Below, one piece after another: positions 50,516 through 64,000 of a DNA stretch of 64,000 nucleotides. Both the position numbers and the translations under genes were made by a program. Under the pieces are notes generated by a model that worked only from the letters and a program-made list of their open reading frames with translations, was not told the DNA's origin and made no database searches. Source of the stretch: Mobula hypostoma (lineage: Eukaryota); the NCBI RefSeq assembly GCF_963921235.1, contig NC_086109.1:5148001-5212000 (forward strand). The letters are read 5' to 3'. Each line of letters begins with the position of its first letter. The stretch's first letter is position 1.

Positions 50516-53500
50516 CCTCTTGGGTGCAGAGATCATAGTTTCAGAAGGGGTCAAAATCCAGAAGCTACGTCTTAGACCATAAGACAGAGAAGAAGAATTA
50601 AGCTAGTCGGCCCATCAAGTCTGCTCCACCATTCCATCAGGGCTGATTTATTCTCCCTCTCAACCCCACTCCCCTGCCTTCTCCCCATAACCTTTGACAC
50701 CCTGAATAATCACAAATTCAAGCACTTGCCCTCCAAAACTATCTGTGGCAATGAATTCCACCCTCTGACTAAAGCAATTCTTCCTCTTCTCTGTTCCAAA
50801 GGGTTGTCCTTCTGTCCTGAGGCTGAGCTCCCTAGTGCTAGGCTCCCCCACTACAGGAAACATCCTCCCCATGTCCACTCCATCTAGGCCTTTCAGATGT
50901 CTTCTTGTGGGTCAGCCCCAATACAGTTCTTCTCATTTCTTTTAGTTCACAAGACTGGGTGGTTTCTGGTGGTGTGAGAGTAAAAAGTTTCCATAGCCCA
51001 TTCATCTGGTGAAACAGCGGTCACTGGCACCAAACCAGGGCAGCTCTTGGCCCTTTATGGAGCGAGGTACACTTGTGCTGTTGTAATGCTGTCAGTGAGC
51101 CCAGCCAAAACAACCTTTGCTGTTTATGTAACACTGAGTGCACGGTTCCCTTCAGGTTGGCAGCAATGATTAGCAAATCCTGTCACAGACAAGGGTAAGG
51201 AAAATCAAGGCAATGTCAGATATACAGTATCTCAGCGCCTGTAGTCTGATCTTGGGCAAGAGAACAACCCTCACTGCATGGTGTTAATCAAACTGTTCAG
51301 TGACTAGATATTTCCATAAGACACAGGAGCAGAATTCGGCCATTTGGCCCATCAAGTCTGCTCTGCCATTCAATCATGGCTGATTTATTTTCCTTCTCAG
51401 TCCCATTCTCCTGCCTTCTCCCTGTGACAGACTGACTAATCTCTATCAATCTCTGCCTTTGACGTACCCAATGACTTGTCCTCCACACCTGCCTCTGGAA
51501 ATGAATTCCACAGATTCACCAACCCTCTGTCTAAAGAAATTCCTCCTCATCTCTGTTCCAGATGGGTGTTGTTCTATTCTGAGGTGTGCCCTCTGGTCCT
51601 AAACTCTCTCACTAAATTGGAACATCCTTTCCACACCTGTCTGTCTAAGCCTTTCAATATATGATAAGTTCCAATGAGATTCCTCTTCATTCTCTAAACT
51701 CCAGTGAGTACAGGCCCAGAGCCAGCAAACTCTCCTCCTAATTAGTGTGTGCCCCAGGTATCAACACAGAGGTAATCGTCTTGTGGCTCTGCTTTTCCGT
51801 TTAGTTCTGAGCCCCTCATAGTTCCGAGGGGGACCTCTGCCTCCATCCTGTTCGGGTGGGACGGTAGTGTAGCTGTTTCTGTAATGCCTTACAGTAGCAG
51901 TGATCGGGGTTCGATTCCCGTGGCTGTCTGTAGAGGGTTTGTACATTCACCCCTTTGACCGCGTGGGTTTCCACCGGGTACTCTGGTTTCCTCCCACATT
52001 CTAAAGATGTACGGGTTAGTAAGTTCTGCATATGATACTTTGGCGCCAGAAGCATGCTGATTCTTGCGGGCGGCCCCCAGCACATTCTCAGGTTGTGTTG
52101 GTCATCAACACAACAAGGCGTTCACTGCGTATTTCGATGTTTCAATGTACACCTGACAAATAAAGCGACGCTTTATTTTATCTTTACACTCACCAGAACA
52201 AGCTGATCCTCCCCCCCCCCACCCACCCCAAGTTATTCTGCAGCCCAGCTGAGGCCCTCAACCCAAGCACCAGGCAGGCGCCTTGTCCTTCGGGACTCTC
52301 TGTCTCTGCTGCAGAGAACAGTGTCCTTCCCCCAGCTCTACTCTCCTCCACCTCCTACCTTTCTCACTTTCCCCCCCACCTGAGTGCCCCTCTGTGTCCT
52401 GGTGCAAACTGCACCCTCATCCAACCAGGGAGCAAGAACTGTGTTCCTCTTGGGTGAGGGCCAAGCCTCCTTCTGAATTTCCCTTTGAATTCCCTCCACC
52501 TGCCTCTTTTGCAGGTCACCTCCTCCTGCCCCTGATCACCGATTCTATCTGGGGAAGTTAATTTGAAATGAAACCAGGAAAAAGCCTGTCTCGGTTTGGC
52601 ACGAGGCTCGCGGGATTCGCTCAGCTCTGTGCTGGACTGAGGCCTTCTGAATCGGCTGCTGTGATGCCTGGTGTTGTGAACTTCAGTTCTGAATGCCGTT
52701 TGCCGGCTTTAATGTTTGCACAATCTGTTTTTTCCTCTCTGCACACTGGGTGTTTGACAATATTCTTTTGCTTTAAATGGATTCTATCAGGGTTCTTTGT
52801 ATCATGGCTGCCTGTAAGGAGACAAATCTCAAGGTTGTATAAAGTATACGTACTTGTATAATAAATGTACTTTGAACTTTGCATAGTGTTCACACAGTGC
52901 ATTGAGACAGAAGAAGGCAATACAGAATAAACATTGCATAGTCAGAGCTTTACAGTTCCAGTTACTGGTGTTCAATTCCCATCCCTGTCTGCAAGGAGTT
53001 TGTACCGTATGCTCTCCCTGTGATTGTGTGGGTTTCCTCCGTGTGCTCTGGTTTCCTCCCACACTCCAATAGACGTAGAGGTTAGGGTTAGTGAGTTGCG
53101 GGCATGCTTTGTTGGTGCCAGAAGCATGGCGACACTTGCGGTCTCTCTCGGACTGCGTTGGTCATTGATGCAAACGACACATTTCACCGTCTGTTCTGAT
53201 GTACCTGTGACAAATAAAGCTAATTTCAAACCTCTAGAGTGTAGCAGCTACAGAGAAAGTGCCATGCAGTCAGACCATAAGGTGCAGATCATAATGAGGT
53301 AGACACTGAGGTCTAAAGGGGAGAGAAGTTTCACTATCGGTATTGCTGAGAATGGCTTTTCTTTCGGAACATTTAATTGTCCGCATTCGGTGGGGCGCCA
53401 CAGTAGTGTAGCAGTTAGCGCAACGCTATTGCAGCTCAGGGAGTCGCGGTTCGGAGTTCAATTCCGGTGCCCTCTATAAGGAGTTTGTACATTCTCCCCG

Positions 53501-56479
53501 TGACCGTGTGGGTTTCCTCTGGGTGTTCTGATCTCCTCCCACAGTGCAAGGATGTACCAGTTAGTAGGTTAGTTGGTTGCTGTAGATTGTCCCCTGGTCA
53601 GATAGGTGGTTTGCTGAGCGGTGCAGCTGGTTGTTCAGGAAGAGCCTGTTCTGCCCTGTACCTGTAAATAAAAAACAAAATGAATGCCTGTCTCTAGATG
53701 ACCACTCCAACAGCCCGTGATTGCATCGGGCTCCCCCTGCTTTCCCTCCACATCCTGAAGATGCGTGGGTTAGTAGATAATTGGTCACATGGGCTTGTTG
53801 GGCCAGAATGACCCGTAATCATGCTGTTTGCCTAAATGTATAGAATTATAACACCCACTGTCCTGCTGGCCCACTCTGTGCCCCCACTGGGCCGCAGCTG
53901 AGGGGGGGGGTCGCTGAACGGAGGGCACTGTGTCCCTGCGGGTCTTTGCATCACACAGACTGGACTGAGGGACTTCACTGTCTTGCAGCAGAGGGTGGCT
54001 GCTGAGAGAAACGCACGCTGGCTCCAATGCATTCCTGGAGCCTGCACGCTGCCACACTGCAGTCGCTCAAGGAGTGGGCTGCCATTTACTTGACCTCTAC
54101 CTACATGCGATATTCAATCTTGTTTCTAAAGTTCAAAGTAAGTTTATTATTAAAGCACACGTACAACCATCAGATTACCTTTCTCCTGGGAATACTCAAT
54201 AAATCCAGTGACCATAATAGAATCAATGAAAGACCATGCCAACGGTGTGGACAACCCCAGTGTGCAAAACACAAGAGCCGTGCAAATACAAAAGAAAAAG
54301 AAATAATAATAATAAATAAATAAGCAATAAATATCGACAACATGAGATGAAGAGTCCTTGAAAATGAGTCTATAGATTGTGGAACTGTTTACGTTAATAT
54401 ATAAATTATAAATTTAAATATTTTATTTGAATACTATTTAGTATAAAATATTAAAAAATAAAAATATGAAAATATTTTTCTGTCTGTCTGTTATTTGTCA
54501 AGTAGGGTGCCATGCACAATCCTGATTTGATGGAGACGGATGTGAGAGCACGGAGGAGCATCTGGAGAAACTTCTGAAATGCCTGCTTCGTTGCCGCTGC
54601 TACTGTTTGGTCCGGAATCTCCGGAGGAGAAGGCCCCGAGTCCTCGGCTTTGCTTGTTGCTCGGCGGCCGGAGCGGGGTCAAAGCGCTCGGCAGAGGATG
54701 GTGCTCGGAGAGGCTGTATCGGAGGGGCTGGTCAGAGGCTCGAAGTTTTTGGATGGACTCAAGAGTCGGCTGCGGTCGGGTGCTTCCAATGCATCGGCAA
54801 GTTGTCGTTGCTTAAAGGTTCATGGCAGGGAGAGTTTCTCCCTTCTGCCGTCTGCTTGACATGATGAGTCAATCGGGACTTTGAGACTTTTTTTTTACCG
54901 TGCCCGTGGTTTGTTCTTTAACAAATTATGGTATTGCTTTGCACTGTTGTAACTATATGTTATAATTATGTGGTTTTGTCAGTTTTAGTCTTGGTTTGTC
55001 CTTTTTTTGTGATATCATTCTGGAGGAACATTGTATCATTTTTTAATGAATGCATTTCTAAATGACAATAAACGAGGACTGAGGGTCCTCATAATCTAAT
55101 CTAATCTAAAGAGATAAATATATAAAAGATAAATTAGTTTAATCTTTGCTTCAAGTTAGTTTAATTTGGCTGGAGGATCAGAGCCAAATGGTTTGTTCCT
55201 GTACTGCTGAGTCCTAATGAAGGGTTTCAGCCCGAAATGTCGACTGGTTACTCTTTTCCATAGATGCTGCCTGACCAGCATTTTGTGTGTGTTGTTCTGT
55301 ATCCTTTCATATTTTAAAGTAGTAAGTGTTCATTTATTTAAAAATAGCTTCGCTTCAAACTGTTCACAAGTTTTCCGACTTTCGGAACACCGGAAGTTCT
55401 GGCGCAGTGGCCGGGGCTTGGAGCTGTCAGTCATCATCAGGGTGGTCTGCGGAGGGGGTCTTCAGTTGCCTGGTCGCGTTGTTGGGGGCAGCGCGGGGGA
55501 CCGAGGTCCCCGGGGCGAAGGGAGCCGTGCAGCCGCGCCGGCAGTGCAGTCTGGGGTCGGTGTAATCGTGTCGTGAAGGCGCTGCCGCTTTCTCTGAAAT
55601 GGATATCTCACCTGTTCGTCTCTGTCATACCCTTTGCCTGAGGATTTCGTGCAGACACAGTCTGGTGCGGACACACCAATGTCCAGGAATAGAAACGTCC
55701 GCGGAGAGTGGTAGATACAGCCCAGTCCATCACAGGCAAATCCCTTCCCACCAGTGAGCACATTTACACATTGACAGCCCCATCTTTGAGGATCCCCACC
55801 ATCCAGGCCATTCTCCCTTCTCGCTGCGACCATCGGGCAGCAGGTACAGGAGCCTTCGGTCCCCAATCACCAGGTTCAGGAACAGTTATTACCCCCTAAC
55901 CATCAGGCTCCTTAACCAGAGTGGATAACTTGGCCCACCTCAACTCTGAACTGATTCCACAACCTACAGACTCACTTTCAAGAACTGTACGACACAAATT
56001 TTCAGTATTTATTTCTCTATTTGTACAATTTATCTTCTTTTGCACATTGGTGTCAGTGTTTATAAATTCTATTGTATTTATTTATTTTCCTGTAAATGCA
56101 AGAAATTTAATCTCAAGTTAGTATATGGTGACTTATACGTTCTTTGATAATAAATTCATTTTCAACTTTGAAGTTGGGTGTTAACTTTGGCCGGGTCCAG
56201 AGCCAGGCAGGACACCTGCTTGGGACCGTGTCCACAGCGCCACCTCATGGTTGCATACCGCCTCAGAATCTGAATCACGTTTATTATCTCTGACATCGCC
56301 GTGATAATTTGTTGGTTTGTGGCAGCAGTACAGTACAAAGGACATTAAAAATACCTTAAGTTACAGTAAAGAATAATATAAATAAATATTGCAAAAGTGG
56401 AATGGCGGGGTAGTATTCTGGGCTTCATGTGGCAGAAAATATCTCCCCGGACATTAACAAGAGTAGGCATTTCTGCCAA

Positions 56480-57135
56480 CCCAGAAAGCCCATAGCCTTT
56501 GTCAAAGCCACAGTCTCAGCACTGATCACCAGCAGGCTAGCTTACCACAACGTCCGACTGGCAGCTGAAACCAATCTTGGCAAGATCTTCCCTGACTTCA
56601 TCACACCTTCATCCCTGAGACATGGCAATTCTGTCAGAAACCTCGAAGCAGGGGGTCATGGTAGAACTGACAGTGTATTGGGAAGACTCGGTTCAGGAGG
56701 TGTTTGAGTGTAAGAAAGCTGATTACCAGGGGCTGGTAGAGCAGTGCACAGAATCAAATATCGCTGTGATGATTGTACGTTCTAGTATCAATTGTTTGGC
56801 GACAATAAAGTATAAAGACAGTGGTAGAAGGCGAGATGTGAGCCTATAGAGGAGGGGTGTAGAGGTTCTGCTGGCTGCTTGTTCTGTAGAACTTACCCTC
56901 TCCTTGGCATTATGGGGGATGCAAAGAAAAGAGCCTTCAGGACCATCACAGAGGCTGCTGAGCGAGCCTCCAGATGGCCATGGACCAAGAGGTGTGACCC
57001 GTCGACCAAAGCTGCTGGGATACAAGCCAGGGCCTGATCAACCCTGGCTGGATTGCCTGGGTGAGGGCATCTGATGTTAAAAGACCTGAAACACTCGATA
57101 ACCCCATGTTACACCACTCATGATGTGTCCCAGCA
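56480..57135 (+). mobile_element. Restriction-like-endonuclease non-LTR element (Hero/NeSL-like) 3' remnant
   Basis: SETSKQGVMVELTVYWEDSVQEVFECKKADYQGLVEQC and downstream PIEEGCRG, interrupted by a ~70-bp insertion. Confidence 0.6.
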
Positions 57136-59279
57136 CATCCTAGGATATATCCCAGCATCATGGCCCATTCAGAAGTCTGTTGGTGGAAGGGAAGAAGCTA
57201 TTCTTAAAATATCAAGTGTGTGTCGCCAATCTCCTGTACCTCCTCCCACGTTGCAAAGGTGTATGCATTAATACTTCTCGTGGATATCATGGGGCGGTGT
57301 GGTTTCATTGGGCCATGTTGTAAGTCTCTAAGTTTGTATAAAACATATAATATATCCAGTTCTGATGAAAAGACTTCCCCCTGAAACTTTACCACTGTTT
57401 CTTTCTTCACAGATGCTGCCCGACCTGTTGATCATTTCGAGGATTATTCATGTTCCCTGAATACTGGATCTTTACTCTCACTAACTTCGAGCTGAAATTT
57501 AGCATTTCCTTCAATTATGAACACAGGAAAACAAACCATTGTAGTATTAGCCGTACCTGTGGCTTTGTCACCAATAGAAATCACGGATATTTTCATACCA
57601 CATTACAGTTGTGACAGATTTCTCAAAATATTGTTTAGGGCACAATCATCATTGCTTCAAAATTAAGAAGGTATTAGGCCCATTGCTAGGGCGAACATGA
57701 TCGCAGTGTTCCTGTCTGCAGACGTTCGTGTGACATAGCTGACCAGCTAACGGGCGGCCCTGCCATTGGACGTCCAACAGGACGTGTGTGTTGCTTTGTC
57801 AAACACCACCCCACAGCTGAATGTTCTATTCAAGATAAGCAATAACAGCTCTCACACTGACATGTCTTTAAAAAGAAAATTTAATTTTAACTTGCCTATA
57901 TTTTAAATGTATAATCTCGTTATTTAATGTGTTAATGAAGAAGCACATATATTACCATATCACAAATTTGTATTTATTAAATATTTTGATAACTGTATTT
58001 CAGAATCAGAGTCAGGTTTAATATCACCGACATATGTTGTGAAATTTGTTAACTTTATGGCAGCAGTACAATGAAATATGTCATAAATAAATATAGAGGA
58101 AAAACTGATTTACAGTAAGTATATGTATGTCTATTAAAATAATAGTGCAAAAAACAGAAATAAAAAAGTAGTGAGGTAGTGTTCATGGATTTAATGTCCA
58201 TTCAGAAATCGGATGGCAGAGGGGAAGAAGCTGTTCCTGAATCACTGACTGTGTGCCTTCAGGCTCCCGTCCCTCCTTCCCGATGGTAACAGTATGAAGA
58301 GGGTCTGTCCTGGGTGGTGGGGATCCCCAGTGATGGACAACGCAATTTGCTTCGATCTTGTGCAGTAGTCCCTCACCCTATACCAGACAGCGATACAGCC
58401 AGTCAGAATGGTTTCTTTTGTAATCATAGGTATTTTATATATTTAAAGACATTATTCTGAGAAAGGGTCCATAGGCTTTAGTGACTGACAAAGGGATCCA
58501 TAGGCTTCACTGACTGACAAAGGGTCCATAGCACAAGAAGGTTAGGAACCCCTGATCTAGACTGAGTATTGACGGAGAGCTGTTCTATAATGGGTGCTGG
58601 GTTTTGCATGAGATGTTGGAGTCTACCTGAAGAAAGCTTTATATAAAAGAGCAGGGAAGTTGCCCAAGACAGAGGACATTGGTGATCTGCGGTCGCTGGC
58701 CTGTGCTCCAGTGGGGGTGATGACTTGCAGAGAATGAAGGGGTATGGAAATTGTGTGTGGAGGAGGGAATAGTTGAATTAGTTTGGTACAACATTGTGGG
58801 CTGAAGGGCCTGTTCCTGTAATGTCCTCTTTTATGTTCTATGTTCTAAATTGCAAGTAATGGCCATTGTGAAGGTTGAGGGGGGTTTCGAATTTTCCCAA
58901 TAACCAGGATCACTAAGTCCGAAAGGAATTTTAAGTTTATTCAGGAGAGCCTTTGGAGCCGGTACATAGATTCTAGTCAAGGGGTAATTCTGGAACTACG
59001 CTTATGAATTTACTTTGGCAGGTCATTAAAATGTCAGTGGGAGAGCATTTTGAAGCATAATTTTGCAAGCTTCAAGAAAGTATTGGGAAGGGATAAAATG
59101 GGCTGGATTTAATGTCCTGAATGGGGGGGGGGGCCTTCAATATCATAAACATCACGGATTTCAATATCACAAGGCAAGACCTGTCAAAAGCAGACTGCAA
59201 GTGTCCACTTTCAGTTGAATCTAAAGAGAGAGAGAGAGAGATCAACTTTATTAGTTACACATACATCAAAACATGCATC

Positions 59280-59975
59280 ATAAACACGAGAAATTCTGCA
59301 AATCCTGGAACCAAGGGAACACACAGAAAATGCAGGAGGAACTCAGCAGGCCAGGCAGCATCTACAGAAGAGAGTAAACAGTCACCGTTTGGGGCCGAAG
59401 CCCCTTATCGGGACTGGAAAAAAAAGATGAGAAGTCAGAGTAAGAAGGTGGGGGGAGGGGAGAAAGAAGTACAAGGTGGCAGATGACAGGTGAAACCAGG
59501 TGAGGAGAGGGTTGAAGCAAAGAGCTGGGAAGTTGATTTGTGAAAGAGATAAAGGGCTGGAGAAGGGGGAAATCTGATAGGAAGGGGCAGAAGGCCATGG
59601 AAGAAAGGGAAGGGGGAGGAGCACCAGAGGGAGGTGATAGGGAGGTAAGAAGATGAGGTGAGAGAGGGAAATAAGAATGGGGAATGGTGAAGGAGTGGGC
59701 GGGGGCAGCAGTTACCAGAGGTTCAAGAATTTGGAGGCTACCCAAACAAAATATAAAGTGTTGCTCTACCAACCTGAGTGAGGCCCCATCATGGCAGTAG
59801 AGGAGGCCGTGGATTGTCGTGTTGGAATGGGAATAGGAAGTGGGTGGCAACTGGGAGATCCTACTTTTTCTTGAAGAAGGAGCGTAGGTGCTCAGCGAAG
59901 CAGGCTCCCACTCAACACTAAGTCTCACTGATATACAGGAGGACATGCCAGGAGCACCGGGTACAGTAAATGATC
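59280..59975 (-). mobile_element. Penelope-like element 3' part (GIY-YIG remnant plus terminal repeat)
   Basis: SHSNTTIHGLLYCHDGASLRLVEQHFIFCLGSLQ, pyrimidine-rich spacer, then the terminal repeat shared by many short copies. Confidence 0.75.
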
Positions 59976-60770
59976 ATCGAACACTACAGCACAGTACAGG
60001 CCCTTCAGCCCATGCTGTTATGACCACCTTTTAACCTGCTCCATGATCAGTCCAACTTGACCCTCTTCCACAGCCCAAAGTCTTCCATTTATCTTTCATC
60101 CATGTGCCTTTCGAAGAGTCTCTGAAATGTCCCAGCTATAGCAGCCACCCCTGGCAACACATTCCAAGCCCCCACCTCCGTCTCTGTAAAAAAATACCTC
60201 TGACATCTCCTCTAATCTTTCCTTCATTCAGTTTAAAAATACAGCCTCTTGCATTAGCCATTGTCACCCCAGGAAAAAGGCGATACCTGTCTACTCTATC
60301 AAGACCTCTTATCCTCCTTCGCTCCTGAGAAAAACCCTTTCGTCATAAGACACTCTCTCTAATCCAATCAGCATCCTGGTAAATCTCCTATACACCATCT
60401 CTAAAGCTTTCACGTTCTTCCTATAATGAGGCAACTGGAACTGAACACAATATTCCAAGTGTGGTCTAACCAGGGTTTTATAGAGCTGCAACATTACCTT
60501 GCAGTCTTGAACTCAATCCCCCGACTAATGAAGCCACCACATCATCCATCTTCTTAACCAGCCTATTAACCTGCGTGACAATTTTGAGAGATCTATGGGC
60601 ATGGACCCTGCAATCCCTCTGTTTACCTGCTTTTACATTTGACTTTCCAACGTGAATCCGTTTACAGTTTTCTGCATTGAACTCCATCTGCCACCTCTCA
60701 GCCCAGCTCTGCACCCGGTCAATGTCTCATTGTAACCAATGGTCACCTTCTACACTATCCTCAACAACAT
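59975..60770 (-). mobile_element. Old CR1 LINE 3' fragment
   Basis: WAERWQMEFNAE; LQLYKTLVRPHLEYCVQF. Confidence 0.8.
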
Positions 60771-62399
60771 CAGCTTAATACTGTTGATCAGTGGTAGTTC
60801 ATGTCTCCAAACAAGAAGAGTGAAAATCATTGATATTAAGGAAAGTTCCAAAGCATTTTATCAGTTTATTACAGGCAAGAGGGAAACTAAGGAAAAAGTC
60901 CGATCCTTTAGGGACTAAAATATTGACTTGTTAATGAAACCAGAATGCCTAAGTGAAGTCTCATCTCTGTTCAATAAGGAGAAAGACAATGTTGTTGGAA
61001 AATTCAACCATTGATCAGTGAAATTAAGAAGGACGAGGCACTAGCTCTCCACAAGCGTAAGGTGGATGAGTCCCCAGAGCCTGGTGAGACGTCCCCCCCA
61101 GCCAGATCCCCAACCATAAAGCTTTGACTTCTGAAGATCCTTCTGGACAATGTCATCTCCAGATCCAACAACATCTACAAAACCGCACACCAGTTACTCA
61201 CCCAGGCTACTCCAACAATACCTGCCAAACCGGCCGCATCTGGTAGCGGGAAGGATGAGGGCAGTAGGCCCAGGGGACCGCCCCCATCTGCAGGTTCCCC
61301 TCTGAGTCACACAACATCCTGACATAGAGCTTGAACACACACACAAACGCTGGAGGGACTCAGCAGGTCAGGCAGCATCCAGGGAAATGAATAAACAGCC
61401 GACGTTTCGGGCCAACACCCTGCTTCAGGACTGGAAAGGAAGGGGGAATGAAGCCAGAATAAGGAGGTGGGGAGGGAGGGGAAAGAGTACAAGCAAGAAG
61501 GTGATAAGTGAAGCCAGGTTTGTCTTTCATCCGGGTCAAAACCCTTCCCAACAGCACTGAGTAACAGCACAAATATTAATTCAAATCAAGATGGTGACTT
61601 ATTGTCACCTCTCTAATGGTAATAAGTGATAAATAATAAACCCTGGGCTTTCCAACAATGCTCACGTTCTGAGAAATGACTATTTAAAGAAATTAAAGCT
61701 AATGAGATCTCACTGTTTGGGGGAGCTCACCGTGCACAAACTGGCCATTGTGTTGCCTGCATTACTTCCCAAGGCGCACATCAGAACCTCCTCGAGCGGC
61801 TCTTTGTACAGCCCTCGTCTTATGGAACTGCTGTAGAAACAGAAACGTCTTCTTCCTTTTGCAAATGTAATTTTCTCCAGCCACACCAAAAAGGTGACGT
61901 CACACATCGCTGCACTTAATTTAAAAAGTTTTTTTTAAAAATCTATTTTGCAAGCAACTGCTCGTTTTAAGATATGAAACCAAGGCAGTCCCCAAGGGCT
62001 GGAAGTAAAAATAAAGCATTTAGGGTTTGGTGTGTGGTGAGTCTAAGATACGGCCCCTGGTGAGGATGTGTGCTCTTTTTATTTCTTGGTGTTTTTACAT
62101 TTGTTGCTCTCCTGCAAATTTTTTCCGCCTTCCAAAGAATGATACAGATCTGACAGGGCTCGGGGGCCTGTGACAAACCATATCCGGTGTGACTGGCTTA
62201 TCGCTGGCAGTGTGTGGTTGAGATAGAGCCTGTTACAAGGGTGTAACAGAGTCAGCGGGAACAAGAACCAGGGTGAAACTGGAGAACCCACCACACTGCC
62301 ATAGCTGGACTCAACCAACTGCATCAGGGCTTGGACAGAAGAAATTGTCCACTGCCCAGCGCCGAGATGCACTCCAGCTGCGAGTCCAACTCTTCGCAG

Positions 62400-62630
62400 A
62401 ACAGCTAACGGTGAATTAACTGTCAGAGCAGGCAAGAAACCACACTGTCAGCTGAGTGAGAGACAGGAAGAAGGTTAGAAGCGAGGTGGTTTATTTTAAA
62501 AAGAGATTATATTTCCTGTTTTACTTTGCAGAGCGGTGTGAGCACAGAGACCTGACAAGCTCCACAGCTAAACTATCATCTCAGCGGAATATCGCTCTCA
62601 CTTTGAGAAGCCTGAAGCTGTCCAGGTCAA
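62400..62630 (+). promoter_or_regulatory. Candidate TRAF3IP3 promoter / 5' non-coding exons
   Basis: RUNX AACCACA 62438-44, ETS ACAGGAAG 62463-70 and ATTTCCTGT 62511-19, acceptor ttttactttgcag ending 62531. Confidence 0.4.
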
Positions 62631-63243
62631 CTCAGCCTGGAGCTCGCAGGGATCGGGAGGAGAGGCTGGGATGTAAACAACATCCACAGACAGACTCCAT
62701 TCGTCCGAGTATCTCTGCAACCAGATCTACCCCTGGCTCTGTCCGGTGTGCGGATTACAAACAACGTGTGGTGAGGCCCCACTAACCTTCCATGGTCTGG
62801 CTTGAGATGCTGAGATGGTGTTGGACGCCTAAACTGCAGACGGCAGCACCTCCAGGGGTGAGGGAGAGGGATAACCGAAAGGTCTGGATGAAGGTGAAAG
62901 AGTTTCACTCCACGTGAAGGATTCCATTGGAAAGGAAAGCAATGGCTTCTGTGAGCGATTGATTGCACTGGTCTGAAACTTCAGTTATTTATGCATGACA
63001 GAACAGCTTCTAGTCCAAATAATGGTTTCTGTTGGATATCACCATTGGGTGCATCTAATTTAGTCAGTAACCTGATATTGCTGTGGTTAATTTGTTTTAT
63101 TTGCAAGTATTGGATCTAATTTCACCTGCAGGAACATTGGTGGGCCTTGGGATACGACTACAGTTTTTGAGGTACAGGCAGAACAACGCTTTGTTACCGA
63201 CATCGGCACCAGGAGGCCTGTCGGGCCAGTGCCAACTCTCAGG

Positions 63244-63594
63244 ATGACGGGTCTTTCTCCGAAGCGGGGTCTCAGCCAGGGTGGCGTGGGCTCAGCCAAG
63301 AAGAGGAGGCTGGTGACCGAGAGCTACGAGGAGAAGCTCGAGCGCAGGCATGAGAACCGCCAGAGCCTCTTCGGCCGAAACAACGTCACCTCCTGCCGCA
63401 GTTCACCGAAACGGCGTGGCGCAGAGCAGAGCTCGCGGCAGGAGGAGTTCTTGAAGCGGCGGAACCTGACAGCGGACGATAGCGTGGCGAAGACGAAGGC
63501 ACCCGCTGTGGCGCCCTGCAGGAGGGAGGGCGTAGGAGGAGTCAACGCTGGGGGTCCAGCACAATCACCACCAACATTAATCAAAGTAACACAG
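63244..63594 (+). CDS. TRAF3IP3: TRAF3-interacting protein 3 (T3JAM), first coding exon (exon 63132-63594); gene continues right of the window
   Basis: ESYEEKLERRHENRQSLFGRNNVTSCR and QEEFLKRRNL match human ESYEAKCERRQEIRESRRCRPNVTTCR and LQQFFRRRNL; acceptor at 63130-31, phase-0 donor cag|gtaaga at 63595; synteny with G0S2. Confidence 0.9.
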
Positions 63595-64000
63595 GTAAGA
63601 CAGTCTGCATTTCTGAATCTGAATTAGAGTCAGGTTTATACCTCGTGAAAATCGTTAGTTTAGCAGCAGCAGGACAGTGCAATAGTTATAAGTTACTATA
63701 AGTTATAATAAGAAATATATCTAAAAATAAACAGTTCAAGAAAGCAGCATCCAACATCAAGCACCCCCTCCAGGAAGGAGAGAAGGAGATACAGGAGCCT
63801 CAGGGCTCACACCAGGAAGCGTTTTCACTCCTGAACCAGTGTGGAGAGCCTCACTCACCGTTACTCCGAACAGATTCCATACGTTCACTTTCAATGACTC
63901 TTTGCAACTCCTGTTCTCAGTATTTATTGTTTTATTTACTTGCTACTTACTTATTCGTTTCTTTGTGCGCAGCTTGTCTTCTTCTGCACTTTGGTTGTTT

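Noticed and set aside
53392..53470. tRNA gene
   Set aside because: The tRNA-like head continues into a V-SINE body found in many copies.
57060..57100. ctgatg...gaaac in the Hero-like 3' UTR as a hammerhead
   Set aside because: Core reads CUGAUGU rather than CUGAUGA, and the stems are unconvincing.

Overview
Eukaryotic, repeat-dense vertebrate genomic DNA, most likely a cartilaginous fish (ray/shark; inferred from HE1/V-SINE-type SINEs and the CR1, Rex, Penelope and Tc1 repertoire). Three host genes fit the conserved LAMB3(-)/G0S2(+)/TRAF3IP3(+) synteny block: a probable LAMB3 first coding exon (702-726, minus), a complete two-exon G0S2 (CDS 37045-37320) and the first coding exon of TRAF3IP3 (63244-63594). 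I could not find HSD11B1, which lies between G0S2 and TRAF3IP3 in human. Most of the rest is transposable elements. The most striking signal is in those elements, which carry motifs of three classes of self-cleaving ribozyme. (i) An HDV/CPEB3-like double pseudoknot with an atypical C1-G37 pair and an inverted G-C P1.1 pair sits at the TSD-defined 5' end of two RTE-derived families, with covarying helices (8650, 19013, 22184). (ii) A twister ribozyme core lies at about 7910-7965. (iii) Many minimal Penelope-type hammerhead motifs occur. All folds were done by eye, catalytic activity is untested, and repeat boundaries without a TSD are approximate.
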